Source: a virus. Taken from it: a stretch of DNA of 64,000 nt. Positions 34,399-42,847 of this stretch are shown here, one piece after another. The stretch spans positions 1 to 64,000 of IMG/VR virus record IMGVR_UViG_3300025112_000010. One strand, 5' to 3'. Below the pieces are notes generated by a model. That model searched no databases. It was given only the letters and a program-made list of their open reading frames with translations, and was not told the DNA's origin. A program made the position numbers and the translations under genes. Within the stretch, counting starts at the first letter, position 1. Each line of letters begins with the position of its first letter.

Positions 34399-35137
34399 GT
34401 ATCCTCTCCTCTGCTATTTTGAAGTAACCGGTGTCAAGTTCAATTCCGATAAAGCTTCTGTTGGTGTTTTTGCAGGCCACTCCGGTCGTGCCTGATCCCA
34501 TCGCGAAGTCGAGGATAGTCTCGCCCTCTTTGGTGTAAGTCTTTGCTAAGTATTCCATCAGCGATACAGGTTTCTGCGTGGGGTGTACCTTGCCGCTGTT
34601 TGCTTCCCACTTGCCGGTGATAATCGTATCGGGATTCCTGTGGGTGTAGGTGCGGGTCTTCTTATCGGAACCGTTCGTGTTTAGTTGGTAGGCCGACTGC
34701 TTCCCCTTCTTCCCATAGTTCTTCACCGTTACCGGCTTATTTCTTTTGGTCATCTGCGGGTAGTAGTTTAGCTTACCCTTCCCAAAAACCAAAACACTCT
34801 CGTGCTTATTCATGGGCATTATCTTCGCGTTGATAAAGTTGCGGGGGATATGTTTGTCCCACACCCAATCATACTTGAACTTTTTGAGGTTGCTGTTGAC
34901 GAGTACGCTGGTGAACGGTTGCGTTGCCATCAACACAATCGCCCCTTTGGGTTTTATAACCCTTTCCAACTGCTCCCACATTGGCCCAAGAGGGATTATC
35001 ACATCCCACTTGCACGCGCTCGTTCCAAAAGGAGGATCGGTAAGGATCAGATCAACGGAATTGTCGGGGAGAGTTTGCATCACCTCGATGCACTCACCTT
35101 GTCTTAGATCAATCAATTTAATCTTAACCAGGGCCAA
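34391..35137 (-). CDS. DNA methyltransferase (beta-class N6A/N4C amino-MTase).
   Basis: LILTDPPFG (motif IV) precedes FAMGSGTTG (motif I). Confidence 0.8.
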   Translation of the reverse strand: MALVKIKLIDLRQGECIEVMQTLPDNSVDLILTDPPFGTSACKWDVIIPLGPMWEQLERVIKPKGAIVLMATQPFTSVLVNSNLKKFKYDWVWDKHIPRNFINAKIMPMNKHESVLVFGKGKLNYYPQMTKRNKPVTVKNYGKKGKQSAYQLNTNGSDKKTRTYTHRNPDTIITGKWEANSGKVHPTQKPVSLMEYLAKTYTKEGETILDFAMGSGTTGVACKNTNRSFIGIELDTGYFKIAEERIHG

Positions 35138-35276
35138 CCAGCCCTGTCTCCTAAGCCTGCGGGTGCATAAAGAGCCTTCCGGGGAACCAATAGGTAGTAT
35201 TTATGGCTTCTTAAAAAGTCCTTACTTGCCTGCCATGTCTTTCGATATTGTTTTTTAGTGCAAAACATATATAAGT

Positions 35277-37154
35277 CTATTTCATTTCCCCCCAGTTGGC
35301 TACTGTCTTGATGTCAGCACGAACTGGTACAGACATTTGGACGGCTCGTTCCAGCCAATAGACGACGTCCTTTTTGACCTTCGCTTCTAAGCCATGTTTA
35401 CACTCGACGACAACCTCATCATGGACGAAGTTCACGAAGTAGGCATCGGTGTTCCAGATCCCCTCGTCGATCCATTGCTGCCGGAGGTTGACCAACGCGA
35501 TGGCGATGTATTCAAACGCCGCAGACTGGATCGGGAAGTTCACGAACTGGTTGAAGCAATGCTTGAAGTGTTTCTTCAATTCCTCTCGGGTGATCCTTCT
35601 CTTCCTGCCGAAGATGTTGGTGACAACTCCATCGGTGTTAAGGAGCCTCTTCATGCGTTGGTGGTATCTTTTCACCCCGCTGTATGTGTTGAGGAATTGC
35701 TCAACAATGTCGTTCCATTGCTGCTCGGAAAAGTCTGGATACTCATACCACATTCGGCGTCCCGAGGCTGCGTAGATCAGAGAGAAGTTGCACTGCTTGC
35801 CGTAGGACCTGTTCCCTTGGAGAGCAGAGACTTGGTCGGTGGTTTGCTGATGAAGATCTAGTCCATGCCAGAAGCCGTTGTCTTCGTCTTCGTAGACGCC
35901 GCAAGCTGGACAAGTGTGTTGGATAACGATGTTAGATCCGGAGGCTCCGCAGCTCTTGCACTTCCAGTCTGTGTATGCCTTGGTAAAGCCAGGGTCACCT
36001 GTGACATGGGCACAGACCCTCAACTCGATCTGAGAGAGATCGCTCACGATCATGGAGAAACCATCTCGGGGGACGAAGCCTGTACGAATCGAGAGGTCGT
36101 CAAAGATCTTGTCGAGTCTTGCGGGTTGGTTCTGGAGGTTAGGGTTGGTATTTCGCGTTCTTCCCGTAAGGGAAATCAGCCAAAAATTGGAATGTATCCG
36201 GCTGTTCGGATCATTCATCGCCATACGGGAGAGAGGCTCGACGTAGGTGCCGATCATCTGGGAGGCTGTTCGGAACTGTTTGATCTTGTGGGCGACAGGA
36301 TATCTCCGGGAGAGTGTGTTCAACGCATCGGCGTCAAGCTTCCACCACTTCCCTGTTGGCACCTTATCCAACCCTCGGGTCGAGTATCCCAGCTCGTCAA
36401 AAAGTCTGACCGACATCTGGGGTCCGGACTTGATGTTCACGTTTCCGATCAACTCGTGGATCTCGGTTTCGTATTTGTCTCGGAGTTTCTGGTAACCGTG
36501 GAGCAGCTCTCGGGCTCGGTCGAGATCCCAATAGAAGCCCACGTACTCTAAGTCGGAAACCACCAAGAGAATCCTCATTCGGATCTTGATAAAGTTATCC
36601 CACAGACCCTCTCGCACGATCATCGGCTTGAGGTGTTTGTAGAGCTTTAACTCCCAGTAAACATCGTCCTTGGCATAAGCCTCAAACGTCGCCCCTCCGG
36701 CTTCCCAGGCAGGCATATAGCTCTGCATTTGGTAACCGAATATATCGAGGACCAGATGCTCCAGCTTCATCTTATTCTGCTGGCGGTTTTCGTCGAGAAG
36801 GTTGTAGCCAATCATCGGATCACGAATCCCATTGGGGTACTCGTGGGAGTCGATAATGCCGACAGCCTTTAGGCACTTGAGATCGTACTTAGCGTTATAT
36901 GCGATGGCTTCAATGTCGTCGTCGGGGAAGAGGTTTCTTATCACTTCCCGGATGACGTTCATATCAGTCAAATAGACGGTGATCTCTTCGGTAGCGAACC
37001 CCATGCCATGGAGCTTAAAATCAGTAGCCGAGAGATTGGTATCGTGGGCGTGTTCTACATCGAAGCAGAACATCTTGTGTTTTCGCGCAGAGGCGATAAG
37101 TTCTTGTGCGGTGTACATAGAGATCCAGCAAGAGAAAAAGAAGCCCCCGCTCAC
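35277..37154 (-). CDS. Family A DNA polymerase with an N-terminal 3-prime-5-prime exonuclease domain.
   Basis: Motif A DLSQIELR, motif B KQCNFSLIYAASG, motif C VHDEVVVE, Exo I FDVE. The start may instead be the ATG near 37118. Confidence 0.85.
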   Translation of the reverse strand: MSGGFFFSCWISMYTAQELIASARKHKMFCFDVEHAHDTNLSATDFKLHGMGFATEEITVYLTDMNVIREVIRNLFPDDDIEAIAYNAKYDLKCLKAVGIIDSHEYPNGIRDPMIGYNLLDENRQQNKMKLEHLVLDIFGYQMQSYMPAWEAGGATFEAYAKDDVYWELKLYKHLKPMIVREGLWDNFIKIRMRILLVVSDLEYVGFYWDLDRARELLHGYQKLRDKYETEIHELIGNVNIKSGPQMSVRLFDELGYSTRGLDKVPTGKWWKLDADALNTLSRRYPVAHKIKQFRTASQMIGTYVEPLSRMAMNDPNSRIHSNFWLISLTGRTRNTNPNLQNQPARLDKIFDDLSIRTGFVPRDGFSMIVSDLSQIELRVCAHVTGDPGFTKAYTDWKCKSCGASGSNIVIQHTCPACGVYEDEDNGFWHGLDLHQQTTDQVSALQGNRSYGKQCNFSLIYAASGRRMWYEYPDFSEQQWNDIVEQFLNTYSGVKRYHQRMKRLLNTDGVVTNIFGRKRRITREELKKHFKHCFNQFVNFPIQSAAFEYIAIALVNLRQQWIDEGIWNTDAYFVNFVHDEVVVECKHGLEAKVKKDVVYWLERAVQMSVPVRADIKTVANWGEMK

Positions 37155-37195
37155 CTAATAATAGGAGAACGGGGGGGGGCGAGTATCTGGCAAGA
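37142..37195 (-). terminator. Intrinsic-terminator-like hairpin on the minus strand. A GC stem flanks the CTCCTAATAATAGGAG motif and a U-rich tail follows.
   Basis: GCCCCCG ... CGGGGGGGGC stem with TTCTTTTTCTCTTG downstream on the minus RNA; follows the stop of 37203..38141. Confidence 0.5.
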
Positions 37196-37202
37196 CACTT
37201 CG

Positions 37203-38141
37203 TTAGTAGTTTACCTGTTGTCCACCGGCTGGTTGGCCGGGAGGACCTTGGTAACCACCTTGGTTTCCTTGCGGAGGCTGCTGGTAGCCCCCTTGTTGTC
37301 CACCACCCTGGTTGCCTCCACCTTGGAAGTTATTCTGTTGAGCGTTTGCCAACTCTTTCATGGCTTCCTCAACTTTCACAGGATCGGGAGCGATAAGAGT
37401 CGCCCAGTCATGGACAGCGTTGTCAGGGTATTGGGCCAGATCGACCATTCCCTGGAACGAGAAATCATCACCAGTCTTAGGAGACTGTTTGTCTCGGCTG
37501 CGGAAGATCTTGAAGTGGGCTCCACGAAGGGAGTGACCCATCGACTGAAGCTCTTGCATCTTTCGCTCGAAACGCTCCATCACATTTTGCTTGAAGCAAA
37601 TGATCGTCTTGAAGTTGTTGACCAGTCCCTGCTTGGATTGGAATCCAGTGCAGTCGATAGCCGACATCATCATCGCTTTGTAGCGACGTCCATCTTGTGC
37701 AGTCTCTGCACGTTGACACATAGGACAAGGAATCCCCAGCGGTTGCAAACAACTGTAGTAGTGCTTGAATCGTTGGGCACCTTCCCCGAACTGGGGATTG
37801 TGTTCAAAGACGATGATCGGTCCACCCGCAGAAGGAGCAGTGCCCCACTCCGTTAGGAAGATCACATCTTTGGACTCACCCTGCTTGATATAAAGACGAT
37901 GGATCTCGTCCTTAAAATCGGTTTGGTCAGGGTTGACCATGTCCTGTTGCATCCAATCCGGGGCTCCCGTACCAGCCTGTGGCTTTTCCGTATGTTGCGG
38001 AGTAGTTGGGGCTGCGGCGGGGGGAGTGGATACTGGAGCAGAAGGCTCCGGGGTTTGACCTGTACCAGAAAGGTAAGCAGGTGCAGCAGACTGCGGCGGG
38101 GTGTCATCTGGTTTGCCCATTGGGCTCTCTTCGTTGGACAT
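37203..38141 (-). CDS. Putative ssDNA-binding protein (zinc-binding CPMC cluster) with a Gln/Gly-rich C-terminal tail.
   Basis: Sits between the polymerase and primase genes; CLQPLGIPCPMC; tail GGNQGGGQQGGYQQPPQGNQGG. Function inferred. Confidence 0.4.
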   Translation of the reverse strand: MSNEESPMGKPDDTPPQSAAPAYLSGTGQTPEPSAPVSTPPAAAPTTPQHTEKPQAGTGAPDWMQQDMVNPDQTDFKDEIHRLYIKQGESKDVIFLTEWGTAPSAGGPIIVFEHNPQFGEGAQRFKHYYSCLQPLGIPCPMCQRAETAQDGRRYKAMMMSAIDCTGFQSKQGLVNNFKTIICFKQNVMERFERKMQELQSMGHSLRGAHFKIFRSRDKQSPKTGDDFSFQGMVDLAQYPDNAVHDWATLIAPDPVKVEEAMKELANAQQNNFQGGGNQGGGQQGGYQQPPQGNQGGYQGPPGQPAGGQQVNY

Positions 38142-38173
38142 GTTGTCCTCCTGGGGTTCTGGGCTATCGCCCT

Positions 38174-39175
38174 TTAAATAATGTTCTCTGCTTGAAGCAG
38201 CGAGGTAAAGAATAGCTTATCACACCCACCCATGTCAAGCTCCTTGGGCTCCCATGTGATGGTTCTAGGTTTCGACTGTAGGTTGACTAATTTCTTCATT
38301 CCTTCGGCTGCGCCTTTGATCCCGGCGTCGTCCATATCGAAGAACAAATAGACGTGGGTGTCAAGCTCTTGGAGGATCTTTGCTTGCTCGTCGGTGACCT
38401 TCGCCCCAAACGTACAGAGGACATCAAGCTCGTGGCACTGCGCCCAATACCAGATGTTCATCATATCGAAAAAGCCTTCGACGAGGATCGTCCTGCCATA
38501 GCCTTTCCAGTGCTGCAAGCCTCCTAAGATTCGACCGGTCTCCATGCCGAAATAGTTGTAGTATTTGCGGGAGTCATTGACGACAGTTCGACCTACTGCT
38601 CCATAGAGATGATCTTCGTAAGGCTCTCGGCAATAAACTGGCTGGACGATTCTCGCATAGTCATGGTGTCGGAGATCCCACCATTCACACATCCCCTGGT
38701 TTACATTCCTCTCGATAAGAAATCGACCTACGTGGGTGGTCTTAGAGAGTTGCCTTATCTTTGGCATGTGGGCAAGGGCTTCGTACTTCATCATGGCAAC
38801 AGGTTCTAACTCCGTTGTGGGTTGATACCAGTCGTCCAACCCTTGGGTGATCTTGTCGAGGGTGTCCCCGAGTGTGACTTGATCTGAGACTTGTAGGCGC
38901 ATGCCGAGGTCGATCAGATCCTGCCTGCCGGAAAGACTTCCCACTGTGCTGACCAGGGAGTGTAGGGGTCCCTTCTCACCACAGGTGAAACAGTGGTAGA
39001 CAGCGGGTGTCTTTGAGTAGTTGATCGAGCAGGAAGGCTTCCCGTCTGACCCACTCTTGTGCGTCCACTTTGCCAACGGACAGGTACAAAGCATCTGCCC
39101 TTTGTCACGAAACTTCTCGTTGAAGTCCGTCACCCCCGTCCTTGTCAAAATGTCTAACGCTCGCTCTCGCTCCAT
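38174..39175 (-). CDS. DnaG-like DNA primase (CHC2 zinc finger plus TOPRIM).
   Basis: CTCP...HCFTCGEKG zinc finger; LVEGFFD and FFDMDDAG TOPRIM motifs. Confidence 0.75.
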   Translation of the reverse strand: MERERALDILTRTGVTDFNEKFRDKGQMLCTCPLAKWTHKSGSDGKPSCSINYSKTPAVYHCFTCGEKGPLHSLVSTVGSLSGRQDLIDLGMRLQVSDQVTLGDTLDKITQGLDDWYQPTTELEPVAMMKYEALAHMPKIRQLSKTTHVGRFLIERNVNQGMCEWWDLRHHDYARIVQPVYCREPYEDHLYGAVGRTVVNDSRKYYNYFGMETGRILGGLQHWKGYGRTILVEGFFDMMNIWYWAQCHELDVLCTFGAKVTDEQAKILQELDTHVYLFFDMDDAGIKGAAEGMKKLVNLQSKPRTITWEPKELDMGGCDKLFFTSLLQAENII

Positions 39176-39184
39176 CGGTGATCC

Positions 39185-39367
39185 TTATGGAAAAAGGGGT
39201 CCGGGTTGTGCCGCTTTATAAAGGTCTCGCAGTTCGTCTGCGGTGATACCTGTCATAGGCTCGCCGCAGTACAAAAACTTAACGGGGAATCTTACGGTCC
39301 TGTTCTTTCCTACCTGGAAGATGTGAATCCACTTGCCATCTATAATCTTGTGGAGCCTACTTGCCAT
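39185..39367 (-). CDS. Hypothetical small protein.
   Basis: ORF track trimmed. Confidence 0.35.
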   Translation of the reverse strand: MASRLHKIIDGKWIHIFQVGKNRTVRFPVKFLYCGEPMTGITADELRDLYKAAQPGPLFP

Positions 39368-39611
39368 GCGTGTGTTGCCAGCCGTTCTGCCAATGCGCCC
39401 ACTCACGCATAATGACGTAAGGGTTCTGGTCTTTCTTCTTGGCAGCAAGACCTTCAACGTAGGGATGGTCGTCAGGTCCCCCATGCTTCCTTATCACAAA
39501 CTGCTCATGGTAGAACGCCTGCGTACCAAAGGGAGCCTTCGCTCGGAAGATCGCTTCCCTATCGGTGACGTTTGAGATTGTGATTCGCTTTGGCCCCTCG
39601 TTGCGGCCCAT
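39357..39611 (-). CDS. Hypothetical small protein.
   Basis: C-terminal part of ORF 39357..39866; the N-terminal part is low complexity and overlaps the neighbour. Confidence 0.4.
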   Translation of the reverse strand: MGRNEGPKRITISNVTDREAIFRAKAPFGTQAFYHEQFVIRKHGGPDDHPYVEGLAAKKKDQNPYVIMREWAHWQNGWQHTHGK

Positions 39612-40053
39612 GGTTCGTTTTGAACGGGATGCTTTTCTTTTTCCCTTTTTGGAATCGGAATCCTGGCTTGGCGTTTTTGGCGGGGACTGCTGGGGGCTCT
39701 CCGTCGATGACGAGCTGGGAGAGCTGGGAGAGGGAGTCTGCGATGAAGACTCCGGCTTGGGCAGTGAGGGCGTCCCCGATTGAGCCATAAGCATTTGTAA
39801 ACTGCTCGACCGTAACTCCGGCTTTGCTGGCAGCTCGGGACATTCTGTGGAGGGCTTCTTCGGCATCTAGGGTCTCCTTGTTATAGAATTGTTGGTACTC
39901 CATGTACCCTTGACTGTAAAGTTTCTTAATCGGGATCTTGATGACTGCAGTACTCCAACCCTCGCAGCCAAACTCACCTCTGTTGTAGGTGTGGAGTCTG
40001 TATTCCCCTTGGGAGTAGTCATGGTAGTGGGCTATCGCTCTCACCTTGCCCAC
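39559..40053 (-). CDS. Hypothetical protein (164 aa).
   Basis: ORF track. Confidence 0.45.
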   Translation of the reverse strand: MGKVRAIAHYHDYSQGEYRLHTYNRGEFGCEGWSTAVIKIPIKKLYSQGYMEYQQFYNKETLDAEEALHRMSRAASKAGVTVEQFTNAYGSIGDALTAQAGVFIADSLSQLSQLVIDGEPPAVPAKNAKPGFRFQKGKKKSIPFKTNHGPQRGAKANHNLKRHR

Positions 40054-40283
40054 CCATGTTTGCTTTCTAATTCAGCCAAAACATCACCCCAAAGGTTTTT
40101 AGGAGTTTCGCCTGTAGCATAAAGTGTCTTGTAGGGTATGTCCATCCAGCGGGGCTCCTTGCCTCCACCCCTGCGAACCATTACGCAATACGTGAGGGGT
40201 AGTTTCATTTTTATATCCCAACCGTCGCGGAGTGCGGGGTGTCGAAAATTAGCTCGTCGAAGTTCATCGTAGTAAGATCCCAA
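40041..40283 (-). CDS. Hypothetical small protein.
   Basis: ORF track. Confidence 0.4.
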   Translation of the reverse strand: MGSYYDELRRANFRHPALRDGWDIKMKLPLTYCVMVRRGGGKEPRWMDIPYKTLYATGETPKNLWGDVLAELESKHGWAR

Positions 40284-41524
40284 TTTGTTATCAGATCCTC
40301 GTGATGGTTTTCACCTTTGGAGTCTCGCTCCTTCAGGTTCTTCCAGGTCATTTCGTTTTGTAATCTCTGGTCTTCGTCGGCAATCATTTCGATGACTACG
40401 TCGGGGTCGATGATCCACTCTCGGGCGTATCGGATTTTGTATCCACGTTGCTTGTCTGTCTTTTTGGAGTTGTCGGTGACGTCTCCTTGCTGTGTAGTAA
40501 CCACCCAAGGAACGTCACTAACTTCTGAAGCGGTTTGTAGATCCCCCACGATTTGAGCAGCACTACCCCAGTCGCCTCTTCCTTTCTCGCCGGTAAAGCG
40601 GTATCCACCATCAACGACAACGAGGTCGGGCTCATATTCTTTAACGAGAGCAGTAACATCACTGACTGTTTGCACGAGTTGCTTGTCAGCGATGAATATG
40701 TCTCCTTCGTCATACTTACCGTAATGGAGTTGTTGCTCCCATCGTCGCTCTGTGAAATAGTCCAGTTCAGCATCTCGGAAGTCTCCCCAGGGGAGTTTGT
40801 GGTGGAGGACATCTAATCTCCTTTCAAATCGTTTGGTTGACATTTCCATGGTAACGAGTAGCACCCTTTTTCCGAGTCCCATAGCGAAGTCGGAGAAGAT
40901 ACAGCTCGCCCACGATTTACCGGTGTTGGCTGTGGCAGCAATGACATGGAGCTGTCCGTTAGCCCAGCATTGGATTCGGTCGTTGAGACTGTTCCAAGGT
41001 GTAAGGACTCCAGGAAGTTCAAGAGAGGCTTGGAGGTCAAGGTATTCTTCAAATCGTTTCTCTCCATCTTGCCTAAAGGATCGGACGACGGCTCCGCGTT
41101 TTCCAACTTGGTTTTGGAGAGCGATCTCTGCAATCTTGCGGAGGGCTGCGTCGGGGTCCTGCCCTTCAAGGGATCTGGCGACTGCTTTGAGTTCATTGGT
41201 AATCGTCCCTCCTAGTTGGCGTTTTCGTACTTGGTCGCAGAGGTAGGCAAGGGGCTCGTCTGCCGGGGGGAAGACTAGACCCTTTATGTTGTCTTGGACT
41301 TGGGAGGGCGTCGGCCAAGCTCCAAAGTCTTGCTGGTATTCGGTCTGCCACTCAAATCCTTTTCGGGCAGTTCCCGAGAGGTCTCGTGAAGAAATTCCAG
41401 CGGTAGTTAACTCAATCAGTGACTGTTCGGTAAGAACCGCTTTAAGCAGTCTCAGGCCCAGGACGTCTTCCATCGGTGAATTCTTTCTGTCGATCTTCGC
41501 GGAAGTTATGACCTGTGACGACAA
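40211..41524 (-). CDS. DnaB-like replicative DNA helicase.
   Basis: RecA-fold Walker A ATANTGKSWAS; LVVVDGGYRF; length and organisation fit DnaB. Confidence 0.7.
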   Translation of the reverse strand: MSSQVITSAKIDRKNSPMEDVLGLRLLKAVLTEQSLIELTTAGISSRDLSGTARKGFEWQTEYQQDFGAWPTPSQVQDNIKGLVFPPADEPLAYLCDQVRKRQLGGTITNELKAVARSLEGQDPDAALRKIAEIALQNQVGKRGAVVRSFRQDGEKRFEEYLDLQASLELPGVLTPWNSLNDRIQCWANGQLHVIAATANTGKSWASCIFSDFAMGLGKRVLLVTMEMSTKRFERRLDVLHHKLPWGDFRDAELDYFTERRWEQQLHYGKYDEGDIFIADKQLVQTVSDVTALVKEYEPDLVVVDGGYRFTGEKGRGDWGSAAQIVGDLQTASEVSDVPWVVTTQQGDVTDNSKKTDKQRGYKIRYAREWIIDPDVVIEMIADEDQRLQNEMTWKNLKERDSKGENHHEDLITNWDLTTMNFDELIFDTPHSATVGI

Positions 41525-42143
41525 TAGGTGTCACAGCTTCGCGGAGGGCTTCGGTGAGTGCTTGGTAATGGTCTTTGAGAAACTCTGTGTTGTGGTTCGT
41601 CGTGATGATCGTACACAGGTTAGCATCTATGCGGGTACGAACCAAATGCTCAATGGCTTGCTCCGAGAATTTTACGTTTCCCTCCCGGACTTGGAGTTCA
41701 TCGATGACGAGGAGAGGCACAGTTTCCGCGCGATCCTGGACAGAATATTTCTGGTCGAAATCGTGCTGCTGGATGACCTGCTGGGGGTAAGCTCTGGCAG
41801 TGATCCAGTATCCGATGATGCCCCGCTGGCATGCCGCTTTAAGGCATATAGAAGCAAGACCTGTCTTTCCCATGGAGTAATCTCCCATGAGGAGCAGTCC
41901 TTGACTGTCTTTGACTCGTTGCTCGACATGTTCTATCCAATCTAATATGCGGGCTTTGTGTGGGCACTCGCTCGGAATTTTTTCCAGAGTGCAGTACCAA
42001 TGTCTTTTGGGTATCCCCATCCGCTCCAGGTGTCGCTGTGTAATCTCACCACCCCGATTGCTCGGTGTCCCAGTTTGTTTGGGCTGCTCGGTCGGCAATT
42101 CCATCTTGGCCTTTATGTCCTCCGGCTGGCTTGGAGAATCCAT
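41442..42143 (-). CDS. DnaC/IstB-like AAA+ helicase loader.
   Basis: Walker A GDYSMGKTGLA; Walker B LLVIDELQ. Confidence 0.65.
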   Translation of the reverse strand: MDSPSQPEDIKAKMELPTEQPKQTGTPSNRGGEITQRHLERMGIPKRHWYCTLEKIPSECPHKARILDWIEHVEQRVKDSQGLLLMGDYSMGKTGLASICLKAACQRGIIGYWITARAYPQQVIQQHDFDQKYSVQDRAETVPLLVIDELQVREGNVKFSEQAIEHLVRTRIDANLCTIITTNHNTEFLKDHYQALTEALREAVTPIVVTGHNFREDRQKEFTDGRRPGPETA

Positions 42144-42834
42144 CGTTCATCGCCTTTCGCATCGCTAGAAAAAAATTCGTGCTGCACAAGATTCCTGGCG
42201 TGGGAACCTCGCAAGAGATCCAGGGTTGATTCGCCTTTACCTCTTCCCACTTCTCAAAGATGAATTTGAGGTAAGCAGTGAAGAGGGAAAGGTTGGAATC
42301 CACAAGCTTGTAGATATTCAAAACTACCTGCGCGTTTTTGGGGACGTTCAGGAAGGTGGCATTGGACGCGAAGATGTTTTCAAACTCTTCGCGGTAAATC
42401 TGGACAACTGCTTTCTTGATCTGCGGGGCTGTCGCCTGATCCAGTTGGTCCTGTGTTGGTCGTTGTTTGGTCTTCCTCTTACGCTCTTGCTTCTCTATCG
42501 GTTCCGGCTTGGCTAATGCTTTAGTCAAAAGGGCCGACTTAATGTCAGGCTCCTTGTGGGCATGCCATTTAAAGGTATGGGTAGAACTCCACCCCCCTAA
42601 AGCATATATGACTCCACCGGGGCTGTCAATAGAAATCATCCAGCCTAGGGTGATTAAAGCTGGGATAGCCATCAGAGTGTCGATTCCCAGCTCCTCTCCT
42701 AATATGTGGAGAGCGGGTGGGGTAACCTCCTTCCACTCCTTATGCCTCATAGCTAAGTAGAGAAGAACGGTACAAGGGTCTACGCCCTTACACTTTCCGG
42801 AAGAGATAAACTCCTCGATGTTATTTATTTCCAT
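42046..42834 (-). CDS. Hypothetical protein; possible replication organiser.
   Basis: Position next to the loader and helicase only. Confidence 0.45.
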   Translation of the reverse strand: MEINNIEEFISSGKCKGVDPCTVLLYLAMRHKEWKEVTPPALHILGEELGIDTLMAIPALITLGWMISIDSPGGVIYALGGWSSTHTFKWHAHKEPDIKSALLTKALAKPEPIEKQERKRKTKQRPTQDQLDQATAPQIKKAVVQIYREEFENIFASNATFLNVPKNAQVVLNIYKLVDSNLSLFTAYLKFIFEKWEEVKANQPWISCEVPTPGILCSTNFFLAMRKAMNDGFSKPAGGHKGQDGIADRAAQTNWDTEQSGW

Positions 42835-42847
42835 GTCCGGAAGTATA

